A DNA stretch of 64,000 nucleotides, taken from contig JAHPZE010000001.1 in assembly GCA_019058365.1 (NCBI GenBank), forward strand, positions 32,001 to 96,000, written 5' to 3'. The notes under the pieces were generated by a model, which saw nothing but the letters and a program-made list of their open reading frames with translations, was not told the origin of the DNA and made no database searches. The stretch's first letter is position 1; every line of letters begins with the position of its first letter. Positions 1 through 9,618 of this stretch are shown piece by piece. The DNA comes from Promethearchaeota archaeon (GTDB taxonomy: Archaea; Asgardarchaeota; Lokiarchaeia; Sigyniarchaeales; SOKP01). The position numbers and the translations under genes were made by a program.

Positions 1-216
1 CAATTATACATACTAAAATCCAAATCCACTTTTTTTCCATTATTTTAATCTCTTTACATATAATTTAATATTCAATAGGTTCAGTTTAGTCAATAGGAAT
101 TTATAATTATTATTTTTTTAATTTAATTTAGTAATAAAAAATAGAATAACTTGAATATTTTTATTGAATATGATCAATATTCAATATTAATTATAGAATA
201 ATCTATGAAGAAGTAT

Positions 217-1050
217 TTAAAGTTCAATTCTATCTGGATGAGTATAAATATTCATTCTTGAACCACGTACAAAACCTATTAGAGTAATCCCATAAGCAAA
301 GGCTAATCTAATACCAGATTCAATAGCTGCGGAAAGAGAAGCAACAATAGGAATTTTCGCTTTTATGACTTTCAAAATTGAATCACCTGTCAATCGCCCT
401 GTTGAAGTTAGAAACACATTTTCAAAATCATGCTCCTTTAATAACATTTCTCCAATAACTTTATCAATTGCGTTATGTCGACCTATATCTTCTTTCACAC
501 TTAATAGATCTCCATTAATATCAAATATTGCTGCTCCATGGCAACCACCTGTTTCTCGATAAAGAGGTGTTTTAATTTGCATTTCTTTTATAGCAGAGAA
601 TATAGTGCTAGCATTAATTCTCATATTATCTTTTGCATTAATTGCTGCTTTTATATTGGTTTTATCCAAACATTCCTTAATCACGTTTCGCCATGGAGAT
701 GATATACCACATGTAGTATCAACAACACGACTTACGGGATTAATATCGAGTTTTTCAATATCGAATTTACTGTTTTCTCTAAGATTCACAAAAATAGAGT
801 TTTCTAATTCATTCACATTAATTTCTTTAATATCTTTAATCGATTCGATTATTCCTATTGAAAATAAAAAACCAACAGATAATTCTTTTAAATCCTTGGC
901 AAGACAAATAATATTTACTAATTGTTTCGAATTTACGTACAAATCAATAGGCGTTTCATAAAGAACAATATCTTCTACTTCTTCTTGTTTATCTTTCTTT
1001 ATTTTAAAGATTTTTACTTTTCTTTTAAACAATGTTAATCCTTTAAACAA
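217..1050 (-). CDS. fdhD: Formate dehydrogenase accessory sulfurtransferase FdhD
   Basis: TGGCHGAA, EDIGRHNAIDKVIG, TGRL, SAA and L-IGFVRG motifs; TTCG. Confidence 0.93.
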   Translation of the reverse strand: MFKGLTLFKRKVKIFKIKKDKQEEVEDIVLYETPIDLYVNSKQLVNIICLAKDLKELSVGFLFSIGIIESIKDIKEINVNELENSIFVNLRENSKFDIEKLDINPVSRVVDTTCGISSPWRNVIKECLDKTNIKAAINAKDNMRINASTIFSAIKEMQIKTPLYRETGGCHGAAIFDINGDLLSVKEDIGRHNAIDKVIGEMLLKEHDFENVFLTSTGRLTGDSILKVIKAKIPIVASLSAAIESGIRLAFAYGITLIGFVRGSRMNIYTHPDRIEL

Positions 1051-1166
1051 ATAGGTTTAAATTTTATTAACTTAAATAATATTTATTATTTTCCGTAAAA
1101 TCAGATAATAAAAATATATCTATTTAAAAAACCACTAAGTCCTATTTTAAATAAAGAAAAATTTTA

Positions 1167-1790
1167 TTATTTTTCAATGATATGTCCACATTCACTACAG
1201 AACTCCGCATTAAATGGTAAAGATATTCCACAATTTGGACAGTGTATATTTTGAAATGGTAAAGGTGTTGTTGATTCAATTTCTTCCTTTTCCTCGATTT
1301 CTTCTTCTATTTTTTTAGGTTTCTTAATGAAATTTCGTCCAATAATCGCAAGTGTAACCCCCCCAAATTGTAACCCCGTATTATACGTAAAAAAACCTTC
1401 AAGCCTCGCTAAATAACCTAAAATCTGAGGGTCAGTAATAAAATTTGTAGCATTTACTATTTGTGAAATTACCCAGATAATTAAAGCAAGTGTGCCAAAA
1501 GTAAGCCCAATGCTAACTAGCCACTTTCCAAATCGAAAACTACCCAGAGCTATAAAAATAGCACCTACTATCACTGCTCCTCCTCCTATGTTAGCAATCC
1601 ACCTTAAAATTTCAACTAAAAAATTAAAAACTTGTTTAATCCATTCTATGTTAATCTGACCATTAACATAATCTCGAAGAAATTCATAGATTCCAATGCT
1701 ACCTATGGCAGAACTAATGATCATTAATATTCCACCAATAATCAACAAAATTATTCCAATTCTATTTCTAATTACCTTATTGCTCATCAA
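1167..1790 (-). CDS. Membrane protein (about 4 TM) with C-terminal zinc ribbon
   Basis: Hydrophobic segments followed by CPNCG...FCSECG. Confidence 0.75.
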   Translation of the reverse strand: MMSNKVIRNRIGIILLIIGGILMIISSAIGSIGIYEFLRDYVNGQINIEWIKQVFNFLVEILRWIANIGGGAVIVGAIFIALGSFRFGKWLVSIGLTFGTLALIIWVISQIVNATNFITDPQILGYLARLEGFFTYNTGLQFGGVTLAIIGRNFIKKPKKIEEEIEEKEEIESTTPLPFQNIHCPNCGISLPFNAEFCSECGHIIEK

Positions 1791-1836
1791 TTTAACACTC
1801 TGTCTTATTTATAATACTAAAAGTAATTTGAGATAC

Positions 1837-2688
1837 TTAAGTTGCAACATATAATCTCCCATTGGAGCTGTTTGAAATCTTTCCTGTTTTTTTATCTATT
1901 TTAGAATGATTTTTTTCAACAGAATGGTCTCCGCTATATTCAATAAACTTTCCTTGAATTTTTTCTCCACTCATCAATTCAATTTCATTTACTTCACCAA
2001 TCTTCTTATAAGAGGGAAGAATTCTTGATATTTTTCCTTTCACTACAATTGTTCCACGTACTTGGTCTGCTCCAATACATCTATCACAATCACCCTCCAC
2101 AATAATTGTGCCTCCATGACTATGAATTCCTAAGAATGAGCCAGCACGACCACACATTAGTGTAGGAAACCGTTTAGCTGGTTTTGAGCCAGTTACCCAT
2201 GTTAATGCTTCGTTACCTATCTTTCCATGAATCTTAATCAATCCATTTTCCATTCCTTTCCAAAATCCTCTATATGCTGCACCAACGTAATGGCCAGCGT
2301 CACCTGTAATCTCTAATTCACCACCCTTTAACATAGCTCCTGCCCAATCATCAGCATTACCATTCACTAATATCTTTCCTCCTGACATATTATTTCCTAT
2401 ATGCATTCCAACATTACCATTGACCACTATTTCTCCTCCAGTCATTTTTTCTCCAATTCTTTTAACATTGGAGAGATCTCCATCAAGTAAAATCTTAGTA
2501 TCATTCACTTCTCCTCCAGTTCCAGTGACATTAAAAAAATCTCCAATTGTTTTTTCTTCATTTCCATAATACACAATTAATTTTTTAATTTCTGCTACTG
2601 ATTTCCCAGCAAATTTATCTGGTGTTATAGTTTCAACTTCTAATGGAAAATCAGGTTTTTTTTTTAGCTTTAATTTAACTTCCGCCAT
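1837..2688 (-). CDS. fwdC: Formylmethanofuran dehydrogenase subunit C
   Basis: GXGXG beta-helix repeats (IGEKMTGGEIVVNGNVGMHIG, GAAYRG); follows fwdB. Confidence 0.93.
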   Translation of the reverse strand: MAEVKLKLKKKPDFPLEVETITPDKFAGKSVAEIKKLIVYYGNEEKTIGDFFNVTGTGGEVNDTKILLDGDLSNVKRIGEKMTGGEIVVNGNVGMHIGNNMSGGKILVNGNADDWAGAMLKGGELEITGDAGHYVGAAYRGFWKGMENGLIKIHGKIGNEALTWVTGSKPAKRFPTLMCGRAGSFLGIHSHGGTIIVEGDCDRCIGADQVRGTIVVKGKISRILPSYKKIGEVNEIELMSGEKIQGKFIEYSGDHSVEKNHSKIDKKTGKISNSSNGRLYVAT

Positions 2689-2692
2689 AAAT

Positions 2693-4021
2693 TTACTCCC
2701 CCTTTTTGCTTTTTACAGCTTTTACTAAACTTTCTAAAATTTCCTTATCTGTTAAACATTTACCAGGTGCTTCTTTAACCTTTCTTAGTCGTAATGGTAC
2801 GCTATCCATTCGATATGCTGTACCTTCACATTCTATTCCAGCAATTGCAGGTGGTAAAATTATATCTGAATTCACAGTTGTTGGAGTATGGTGAGGTTCT
2901 ATAGTAATTATTGGATGTTTAAACATATTCTTCACTGCTGCTGCGGGAAAATTGCTAGCGGGATCAGATGCAACAATTAGAGAGGCATCCACTTCATCCC
3001 TCATTAGAAGATCTACAGAGGAAAATTCTCCAGGATTATAACGAGGATATCCTTTAGAAAAGTCTATAGAGTAAGAATAGCCGGTTTGCCATGCAAAAAC
3101 TTGATTTGCCCCAGCGACATTATAATGTCCACGCATGGGAGTTAATAAAAATTTAGTATGATCATTTAATTCTCGAGTAAGACAAATTGCAGCATCAATG
3201 TTCCTATGATGTGCTAAAGTTTGGGTTAGTCCCATTCCGAAAAAGATAACACCAAAATTACATGATTTTAACGCATTGACTAATTCTATAATCTTATTTT
3301 TTGGAACTCCTGAAATCTCATCAGCATCTAATTCAACACCCCTTAATATTGCTCTAATTGCATTTAATAGTTCATAATCCTCATTAGGATTTATTTGAAT
3401 ATGCATATCAGCTAGTTGGGCAGTATTTGTATTTCTAGGATCAACAACTACTATAAATCTGTCATTTGTGCCGTCTTTTCTAAAGTAACCACGTATAAAG
3501 TCGCTATATCTTCCAAGATGCCGAGGATGCGCATGAACAGGATTACTACCCCAAAATACTACAAGATCTGCCCTATTTTTATATTCACCTAAGGTTGAAG
3601 TAGGAGCACCAACATCTTGAATTGCAAGTAATGAAGGTCCATGACATACTGAAGCAGTATTATCTAAAACCCCTCCTAACAACTCTGCTAATTCTACAGC
3701 TTGGCCTTGAGCTTCACACTCAGTACTTGAAAAGCCATAAAGTAAAGGTCTTTTAGCCTTCACTAAAATGTCAGCAGCCTTATCAATTGCCTTATTCCAA
3801 GATATTTCCTTATAGGCTCCATTATCCTTAATGAGGGGTTTATCATATCTATGTTCGCTTGGATTTGAAGAGAAGAACTTCCTTGTTCCTATCTGACATC
3901 CATTGCGTACTTCAATAACTTTTTGTTCTTTTGTATCAATATCTATCTCAAGGTCATCACATAAAGTTCCACAAAATGGGCAAATAACGTCTGTAACAGT
4001 TCGAATATTTTTATCAGCCAT
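2693..4021 (-). CDS. fwdB: Formylmethanofuran dehydrogenase subunit B (Cys form)
   Basis: CPFCGTLCDDL, DNTASVCHGPS, WGSNPVHAHPRH, PMRGHYNV motifs. Confidence 0.95.
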   Translation of the reverse strand: MADKNIRTVTDVICPFCGTLCDDLEIDIDTKEQKVIEVRNGCQIGTRKFFSSNPSEHRYDKPLIKDNGAYKEISWNKAIDKAADILVKAKRPLLYGFSSTECEAQGQAVELAELLGGVLDNTASVCHGPSLLAIQDVGAPTSTLGEYKNRADLVVFWGSNPVHAHPRHLGRYSDFIRGYFRKDGTNDRFIVVVDPRNTNTAQLADMHIQINPNEDYELLNAIRAILRGVELDADEISGVPKNKIIELVNALKSCNFGVIFFGMGLTQTLAHHRNIDAAICLTRELNDHTKFLLTPMRGHYNVAGANQVFAWQTGYSYSIDFSKGYPRYNPGEFSSVDLLMRDEVDASLIVASDPASNFPAAAVKNMFKHPIITIEPHHTPTTVNSDIILPPAIAGIECEGTAYRMDSVPLRLRKVKEAPGKCLTDKEILESLVKAVKSKKGE

Positions 4022-4023
4022 AA

Positions 4024-4419
4024 TTATGCCTCCCTCAATAATTTAATTAAATTTACAGCACTTAAAACTTTACCACTTGGTATTGCTTCAACCCGTGCTT
4101 TCATTCCTTTATAGGTTGGAGTACCGCATGCTTGTGAATCGGGATTGACCACTTGATTAGCCCAAGGGCCCATTGGTATGAAAATAATTCCTGGATGGGG
4201 GCCTTCTTCGGAAATCGTTGAATAAACAACAACTTCTCCATGATCAGTAATTACTTTGACTGGAGTTCCGACTAAACAATCTAATTTTTTAAAATCTTCT
4301 TTATCAAACGCACAAATTCCCGCTGCTCTAACATTTTCTTTTGTATTTTTACCGCCTTCAAGTGCAACTCCTTGATTAATTGTCCGGCAAGTTATTAAAA
4401 TTAAATTATTAATACTCAT
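4024..4419 (-). CDS. fwdD: Formylmethanofuran dehydrogenase subunit D
   Basis: RTINQG, IFIPMGPWAN, GTPTYKG; start moved to MSINNL (ATG 4419). Confidence 0.9.
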   Translation of the reverse strand: MSINNLILITCRTINQGVALEGGKNTKENVRAAGICAFDKEDFKKLDCLVGTPVKVITDHGEVVVYSTISEEGPHPGIIFIPMGPWANQVVNPDSQACGTPTYKGMKARVEAIPSGKVLSAVNLIKLLREA

Positions 4420-4423
4420 ATTA

Positions 4424-5143
4424 TTATTCCTCCTCCTGTTCACTCCACCTTAAAGTCTTTATTCTATCTAAGAGAGGCTCCCAAAATAGTTCACTAAATT
4501 CTCCGGAAGTTTTAATATCCGTTACTTTTAACTTGATAGCTCCTGTAGGACATGCATTATCACAAGAACCACAGAAAATGCATTTTTCTTTGTCTACAAC
4601 TACATTTGGTACAGTTTCCCAACCTTTATCTGATTTTTCTGGGACAGTTATAGCACTACTTGGGCATACATCTGCACAGGCTTCACAACCCCCAGCGCAT
4701 TCCTCATCAACAATGCTAACTTCACCATCAACGTATAATTTAGCAATTCTTTCAATTCCAGCATTATCCGTTATTTTTTTTGCTTCAAATTCAATTTTAG
4801 GAACCACGTTTTCTTTAACAATCTGAATATCATTTAATTCAATAATTTCTCCGTCTTTTTTGAGAGTAAGCGCACTAAATGGACACATTACTACACAAGT
4901 TCCACAAAAAACACATTTCTTAGGATCATATATCTCTGGGATAATATCTTCCATACTAGGGAAACGACGAGCTGCTGCAACTGGACCTCGCGAGATGGCT
5001 TCTTTTGGGCAAACTCTCGAACATGTTCCGCAGCCTACGCATTTTTTCCTGTCTAATATTAATTCTAAACTTTCCGTAAGAAACTGTACTTTTACGTGCT
5101 CAATTTCTTTACTAATTGATCTTGATATTTTAGGAAATGACAT
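4424..5143 (-). CDS. Polyferredoxin, FwdF-like (4 x [4Fe-4S] motifs)
   Basis: Four CxxCxxCxxxCP-type motifs; in fwd operon; probable start MSFPKI. Confidence 0.8.
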   Translation of the reverse strand: MSFPKISRSISKEIEHVKVQFLTESLELILDRKKCVGCGTCSRVCPKEAISRGPVAAARRFPSMEDIIPEIYDPKKCVFCGTCVVMCPFSALTLKKDGEIIELNDIQIVKENVVPKIEFEAKKITDNAGIERIAKLYVDGEVSIVDEECAGGCEACADVCPSSAITVPEKSDKGWETVPNVVVDKEKCIFCGSCDNACPTGAIKLKVTDIKTSGEFSELFWEPLLDRIKTLRWSEQEEE

Positions 5144-5153
5144 ATTTTTTACC

Positions 5154-5411
5154 TCATTTGACTTCAACTAAATGTAAGTCAATCGCAGAAACGGGGCAAT
5201 ATTTCAAACAAACACCGCATCCATCACAGTTTATATCTCTCCCCTCAATATATATATCGTATGCACAACCATTCTTAACTAATACAACTGCATTTTCTTT
5301 AGTTAAATAGCCTTTCTCTTTCAATTGTTGAAAATTTAAAGGGCAACTTACAACACAGTCATTACATCCGATACATAAGTTCTTATTTATTTTTAAGCGG
5401 TAAATTTGCAT
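5154..5411 (-). CDS. fwdG: 2x[4Fe-4S] subunit, FwdG-like
   Basis: CIGCNDCVVSCP and CDGCGVCLKYCP; first gene of fwd operon. Confidence 0.75.
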   Translation of the reverse strand: MQIYRLKINKNLCIGCNDCVVSCPLNFQQLKEKGYLTKENAVVLVKNGCAYDIYIEGRDINCDGCGVCLKYCPVSAIDLHLVEVK

Positions 5412-5702
5412 TTTATTCCCTCACTGTTAAATGAAACGATTTTTGACGTTTACATCAGCGTAAAATATTTGTAGATGTTTAAACGTTTAATAATATCCTT
5501 CGATATTTTAACTTAACTTAAGTTGTAGAAAGTATATTTTTATAAAAAATTTCGTGTAAGAATACAAAAGTTCCGATAATAAAAAGCGATCTGAAAGAAA
5601 TTTATAATACAAATTCAATCTTTAGTTTCTATAGATATTTTTTAAAGAGACATTTATAATCTAAAAAAAAATTTAATTTTCACCTAGACTTATTAATTTT
5701 CC

Positions 5703-5718
5703 CACGAAATTTATATTA
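5703..5718 (+). promoter_or_regulatory. Archaeal BRE-TATA promoter of first VWA-like paralog
   Basis: CACGAAATTTATATTA about 50 nt before ATG 5766; identical 16-mer at 7004-7019 before the paralog. Confidence 0.7.
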
Positions 5719-5765
5719 GATAAGGATAAAGTTTCAAAATTAATCTAATTTATATAGTTTAAATC

Positions 5766-6932
5766 ATGGAACTCAAAGTTACCAAGAGTGAAGATTGTTT
5801 AATTTTTTATGGGTTAACTCCTGAGATAACTAAAGTTAAGGATGTCTATAATTCAATTTCAGAGTTTATGGAAAAAAAACAGGCTACTGATCCTTCTGAT
5901 AGGTTTAATTTGATTTTATATCTACCTGATGGTCCAAATTATTTAGATCATTTTACTTTTAACGTAAATAATATTTTATCAATGCTAAAGTCAGTGGAAA
6001 AAGATATTGCAAGAGCAAATATTGCGGGTGGCGTGTTTGTAGCAACTACATTCGTTATAGACATATATAAAAAGATTTCAGAGAAGATATTTCGTCTTTT
6101 AATCATAGTAGATGATAGAGCTTATGCAATTCCATCTCAATATCTTCCAGCTTTAGAGGAATTAATTAATAAAGTTAAAGATATGCCATTTTTCATCGAT
6201 GTTATATATATAGGACACCCAAATTATGAAGAACGTAATAATTTAACCAAATTAGTGAACTTAACAAAAGGAAATTTTTATGAGATAAGTGATATTAAAG
6301 ATCTAAAGCCATTGTTAATGGAACTTTCATATAAAAAAAAAATAACAAAACCGGCATTTGGCAAGCAAGAAATTCGTATGATTCATGAGGAAAATCAACC
6401 GTTTTATATTAATTTAGCAGATGACCCTGAAAGAGTGAGTGAAGTATCAACTTGTTCTATTTGTTTTCAGCAAGATAATGAAGGTATTGTGAGGTGTCCT
6501 TCATGTCATACAGTAGCTCATGAAGTATGTTGGGCACAATGGGCAGAAGCATCTAATATTGGAATTCCACACGTATATCGATGCCATAATTGTTTTAATA
6601 TCTTGAAATTAGATAAGAATTATATTATCGATGTGCAAACTGGTAAAATTCCTACTATTGCTGAATTAAATAAGATGAAAAAGAAAAATGTAGTTGAATA
6701 TTTACGCGAAATAGAAGCTCAAATCAAACCTCAAGTAGTACAAACTGAAGATCCATTCGCAGCTGATATTAGAGCAATGATTGACGTAAAGAGAGAAGAA
6801 ACTAAAGTTCCAGAAACGAAAAAAAAAAAGAAAAAAAAGAAAAAGGCTTTTATCAGTATATGTCCTAATTGTAGTAAGATTATAATAGGCGATAAGAAAA
6901 AATGCCCTAAATGTGGTTTTAACTTATTCTAA
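5766..6932 (+). CDS. VWA-like domain + C4HC3 (RING/PHD-like) finger + C-terminal zinc ribbon protein, paralog 1
   Basis: DPSDRFNLI...RLLIIVD...FFIDVIYIG...GNFYEI alpha/beta pattern; CSIC-x10-CPSC-x4-HEVCWAQW...CHNC; terminal CPNC...CPKC. Confidence 0.7.
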   Translation: MELKVTKSEDCLIFYGLTPEITKVKDVYNSISEFMEKKQATDPSDRFNLILYLPDGPNYLDHFTFNVNNILSMLKSVEKDIARANIAGGVFVATTFVIDIYKKISEKIFRLLIIVDDRAYAIPSQYLPALEELINKVKDMPFFIDVIYIGHPNYEERNNLTKLVNLTKGNFYEISDIKDLKPLLMELSYKKKITKPAFGKQEIRMIHEENQPFYINLADDPERVSEVSTCSICFQQDNEGIVRCPSCHTVAHEVCWAQWAEASNIGIPHVYRCHNCFNILKLDKNYIIDVQTGKIPTIAELNKMKKKNVVEYLREIEAQIKPQVVQTEDPFAADIRAMIDVKREETKVPETKKKKKKKKKAFISICPNCSKIIIGDKKKCPKCGFNLF

Positions 6933-7003
6933 ATTTACAATTTTTAAGTCTTATATCAGAAGTGAATAAAAATTTAGATTTCCCTTAAACTTATTAATCT
7001 TTA

Positions 7004-7019
7004 CACGAAATTTATATTA
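7004..7019 (+). promoter_or_regulatory. BRE-TATA promoter of second VWA-like paralog
   Basis: CACGAAATTTATATTA identical to 5703-5718. Confidence 0.7.
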
Positions 7020-7063
7020 AATAAATCGTAATTTTATTAATACTTATATTCTCTTCAAAAAAC

Positions 7064-8206
7064 ATGGAATCCACGAAGAGTGAAGATTGTCTTATATTTT
7101 ATGGTTTCACTCCAGAAATTACTAAAATGCGTCAAGTTTTCAGTTCAATCGCAGATTTTATGAAAAATAAACAATTAACAGATCCCTCTGATAGATTTAA
7201 CCTTATTGTGTTTCAGCATGATGGACCAAATTATTTAGATCATTTCACTTTTGATCAAGAACTTATTCTTAAAACATTGAAATCTATGAGTGGGGATATT
7301 ACTAATGCAAATATCGCTGGTGGAATTTTTATTGCAATAACCTTCATAATTGAAGTATATAAGAAAATTTCTGAAAAGATATTTCGATTATTAATATTGA
7401 TAGATGAAGGAGCATATGATATCCCCTCTGATTATCTTCCTCCCATAGAGGAGTTAATTAAAGTTGTTAAAGATATGCCTTTCTTTATTGACGTTGTGCG
7501 TATTGGACTGCCAAACTCAGAAATAAGTACAAAATTAATGAAATTAACAAAATTGTGTAATGGTGAATTCTACGAGATTGCTACTATTCGAGAATTAGAT
7601 CCCATATTAACAACCTTATCAGAGAAGAAGTATGTCTCAGAACCATCATTTATTAAACAAAGAATACGAATGATTTTACCAGATAATCAACCTTTTTATA
7701 TAAATTTAGCTGATGCACCCGAAAGTATTGATGATACAGTGACATGCTCGATATGTTTTAAAACTGATAATAAGAATATAGTTATGTGTCCATCCTGTGA
7801 AAGTGTTGCCCATAAAGTATGTTGGGCTCAATGGGCTGAAACATCTAATATTGGGATACCTTATGTGTTTCGATGCCATAATTGTTTTAATATTTTAAAA
7901 CTTGAGAAAGAGTTTGTGCAGGATGTTAAATTGGGTAAAATTCCTACCATTGCAGAATTAAGTAAAGTTAAGAAAAAGAATATTATTGAATATATGCATG
8001 AATTAGAAGCTAAAAGAAAACCTAAGATAATTCATGCTGATGATCCAATAGCGGTTTCGATTAGAGCAAAATTATCAGCTGAAGAAGTAAAAACTCAACC
8101 AAAAAAAACTAAAAAGAGAGCGGATGTCAAAATTTGCCCCAATTGCAGTAAAATTATAAAGGGCTCGCGAAAAAGTTGCCCATCTTGCGGTTTTGTATTA
8201 TTTTAG
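7064..8206 (+). CDS. VWA-like domain + C4HC3 finger + zinc ribbon protein, paralog 2
   Basis: Colinear homolog of 5766-6932 over its full length. Confidence 0.7.
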   Translation: MESTKSEDCLIFYGFTPEITKMRQVFSSIADFMKNKQLTDPSDRFNLIVFQHDGPNYLDHFTFDQELILKTLKSMSGDITNANIAGGIFIAITFIIEVYKKISEKIFRLLILIDEGAYDIPSDYLPPIEELIKVVKDMPFFIDVVRIGLPNSEISTKLMKLTKLCNGEFYEIATIRELDPILTTLSEKKYVSEPSFIKQRIRMILPDNQPFYINLADAPESIDDTVTCSICFKTDNKNIVMCPSCESVAHKVCWAQWAETSNIGIPYVFRCHNCFNILKLEKEFVQDVKLGKIPTIAELSKVKKKNIIEYMHELEAKRKPKIIHADDPIAVSIRAKLSAEEVKTQPKKTKKRADVKICPNCSKIIKGSRKSCPSCGFVLF

Positions 8207-8229
8207 AAATTGAAAGTTTAAGGATTCTT

Positions 8230-8976
8230 CTAGGAGTGTAACTTTTTCTCTATTATATCATATATATTTTTAATATTTTTTTTAAGATTAAAAACATCAA
8301 ATTTCACGCCGATTCTCGCTCTCAGAAGTGTTGGGATATGGTCTCTATTTATAAAGACAGGAATAATTGGTTTTTTAATTGCATGGGCAGCCATCCATTC
8401 ATCTTCGACAAATTCAGACCTTAATGCATTTGGAGAGCAAAATAAGATTATTACATCACATCTACTAATATTTCTATCCATATACTTGATAAAATTATCT
8501 TGTGTATCTTCTTCAAAATAGAGAATATCCTCTATTTTATCATATTTAGTCAATTCTTCGGCAATTTTTCTAATGTTGAAAAGTTGACTATCTGCCATTG
8601 CGTAACTAATAAATCCGATGAGGTTGTTTCTATCTTCTAATTTTCCTTTTTTTTTTAACACTCTTTCCTCATATATGGGCTTAGGTTTACCAATTGTAAT
8701 AAGAGATTTCAACTTTTCTTTTTCATACTTAGATAATAATATAATTATCCAAATATACACACAACATGAGATAAATCCCAGATAAAAACCAAATCCAAAA
8801 ATTGTCGGTTCTCTATTTAACACGGGGACTATGTCAACATAGAGAAGAAATATTAAAAATATAATATCAATAATTCCTATTATTATAGCTCCTCGGATTG
8901 CCCTAGTTATTATAATGTTTGAAATAATTATAAATATTAAAGCAATTAAACGCCAAGTAATATAATAAACAGTCAA
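8230..8976 (-). CDS. Membrane-anchored TIR-domain protein
   Basis: N-terminal hydrophobic helices; FISYA...CDVIILFCSPNALRSEFVEDEW...KPIIPVF TIR signature. Frame stays open upstream to about 9084, so the start is uncertain. Confidence 0.85.
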   Translation of the reverse strand: MTVYYITWRLIALIFIIISNIIITRAIRGAIIIGIIDIIFLIFLLYVDIVPVLNREPTIFGFGFYLGFISCCVYIWIIILLSKYEKEKLKSLITIGKPKPIYEERVLKKKGKLEDRNNLIGFISYAMADSQLFNIRKIAEELTKYDKIEDILYFEEDTQDNFIKYMDRNISRCDVIILFCSPNALRSEFVEDEWMAAHAIKKPIIPVFINRDHIPTLLRARIGVKFDVFNLKKNIKNIYDIIEKKLHS

Positions 8977-9300
8977 ATAAGGGTCATAATAAGGTTCACC
9001 ATTATATAAAATTAGATAAGGAAAGAATTGAGAAAGGAAAAAAACAAGAACAGAAGAAAGATAAATAATTCTGATTATTAATATTCACTGCTTTAGTATA
9101 AACTACACCTTTAAATCAAAACTATGTATCTTTAAGCCTTCTGGGTATTTAAATCGTAAAGATATTTCTTGATTTATATATGCATTTACTTACATTTTCA
9201 AAATTTATGTACTGAACTTTTATAAACCAAATATTTAAATAATTTATAGCTAAATCAAATAATAACTTGAACTAGATCTTTTTTTAAACTGATCTTAATA

Positions 9301-9501
9301 GAAGATAAAAACAAACCGAGAATTATTCAAGCTGAAGATCCAATGGTAGTTATGATTAGGGTAAAAATTGATGAAGAAAAAGTAAAATCCAAAAGCAGAC
9401 AAGATAAAAAAAATTAATACGTAAATATCTGCCCTAATTGTAGCAAAATTATAATAGGTGCGAAAAAGCAATGTCCTTCGTGTGGTTTTTTCTTGTTTTA
9501 A
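9301..9501 (+). pseudogene. Orphan 3' end of a third VWA/zinc-finger gene copy
   Basis: Translates to EDKNKPRIIQAEDPMVVMIR...DKKN*YVNICPNCSKIIIGAKKQCPSCGFFLF*, colinear with 8006-8206. Confidence 0.9.
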
Positions 9502-9618
9502 TAAAGATAATGTAGAATTTTTGAAATAAAATAATATAAGCCATATATTTAAATAATTTAGGGCAAAACAATTAATAAGATAATTTGTAGATCTTTTTAA
9601 AATAGAATTAAATTAAAG

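Noticed and set aside
6819-6845. Poly-A tract as a phase-variation or frameshift site
   Set aside because: Encodes an in-frame Lys run, and the downstream zinc ribbon matches the paralog in the same frame.
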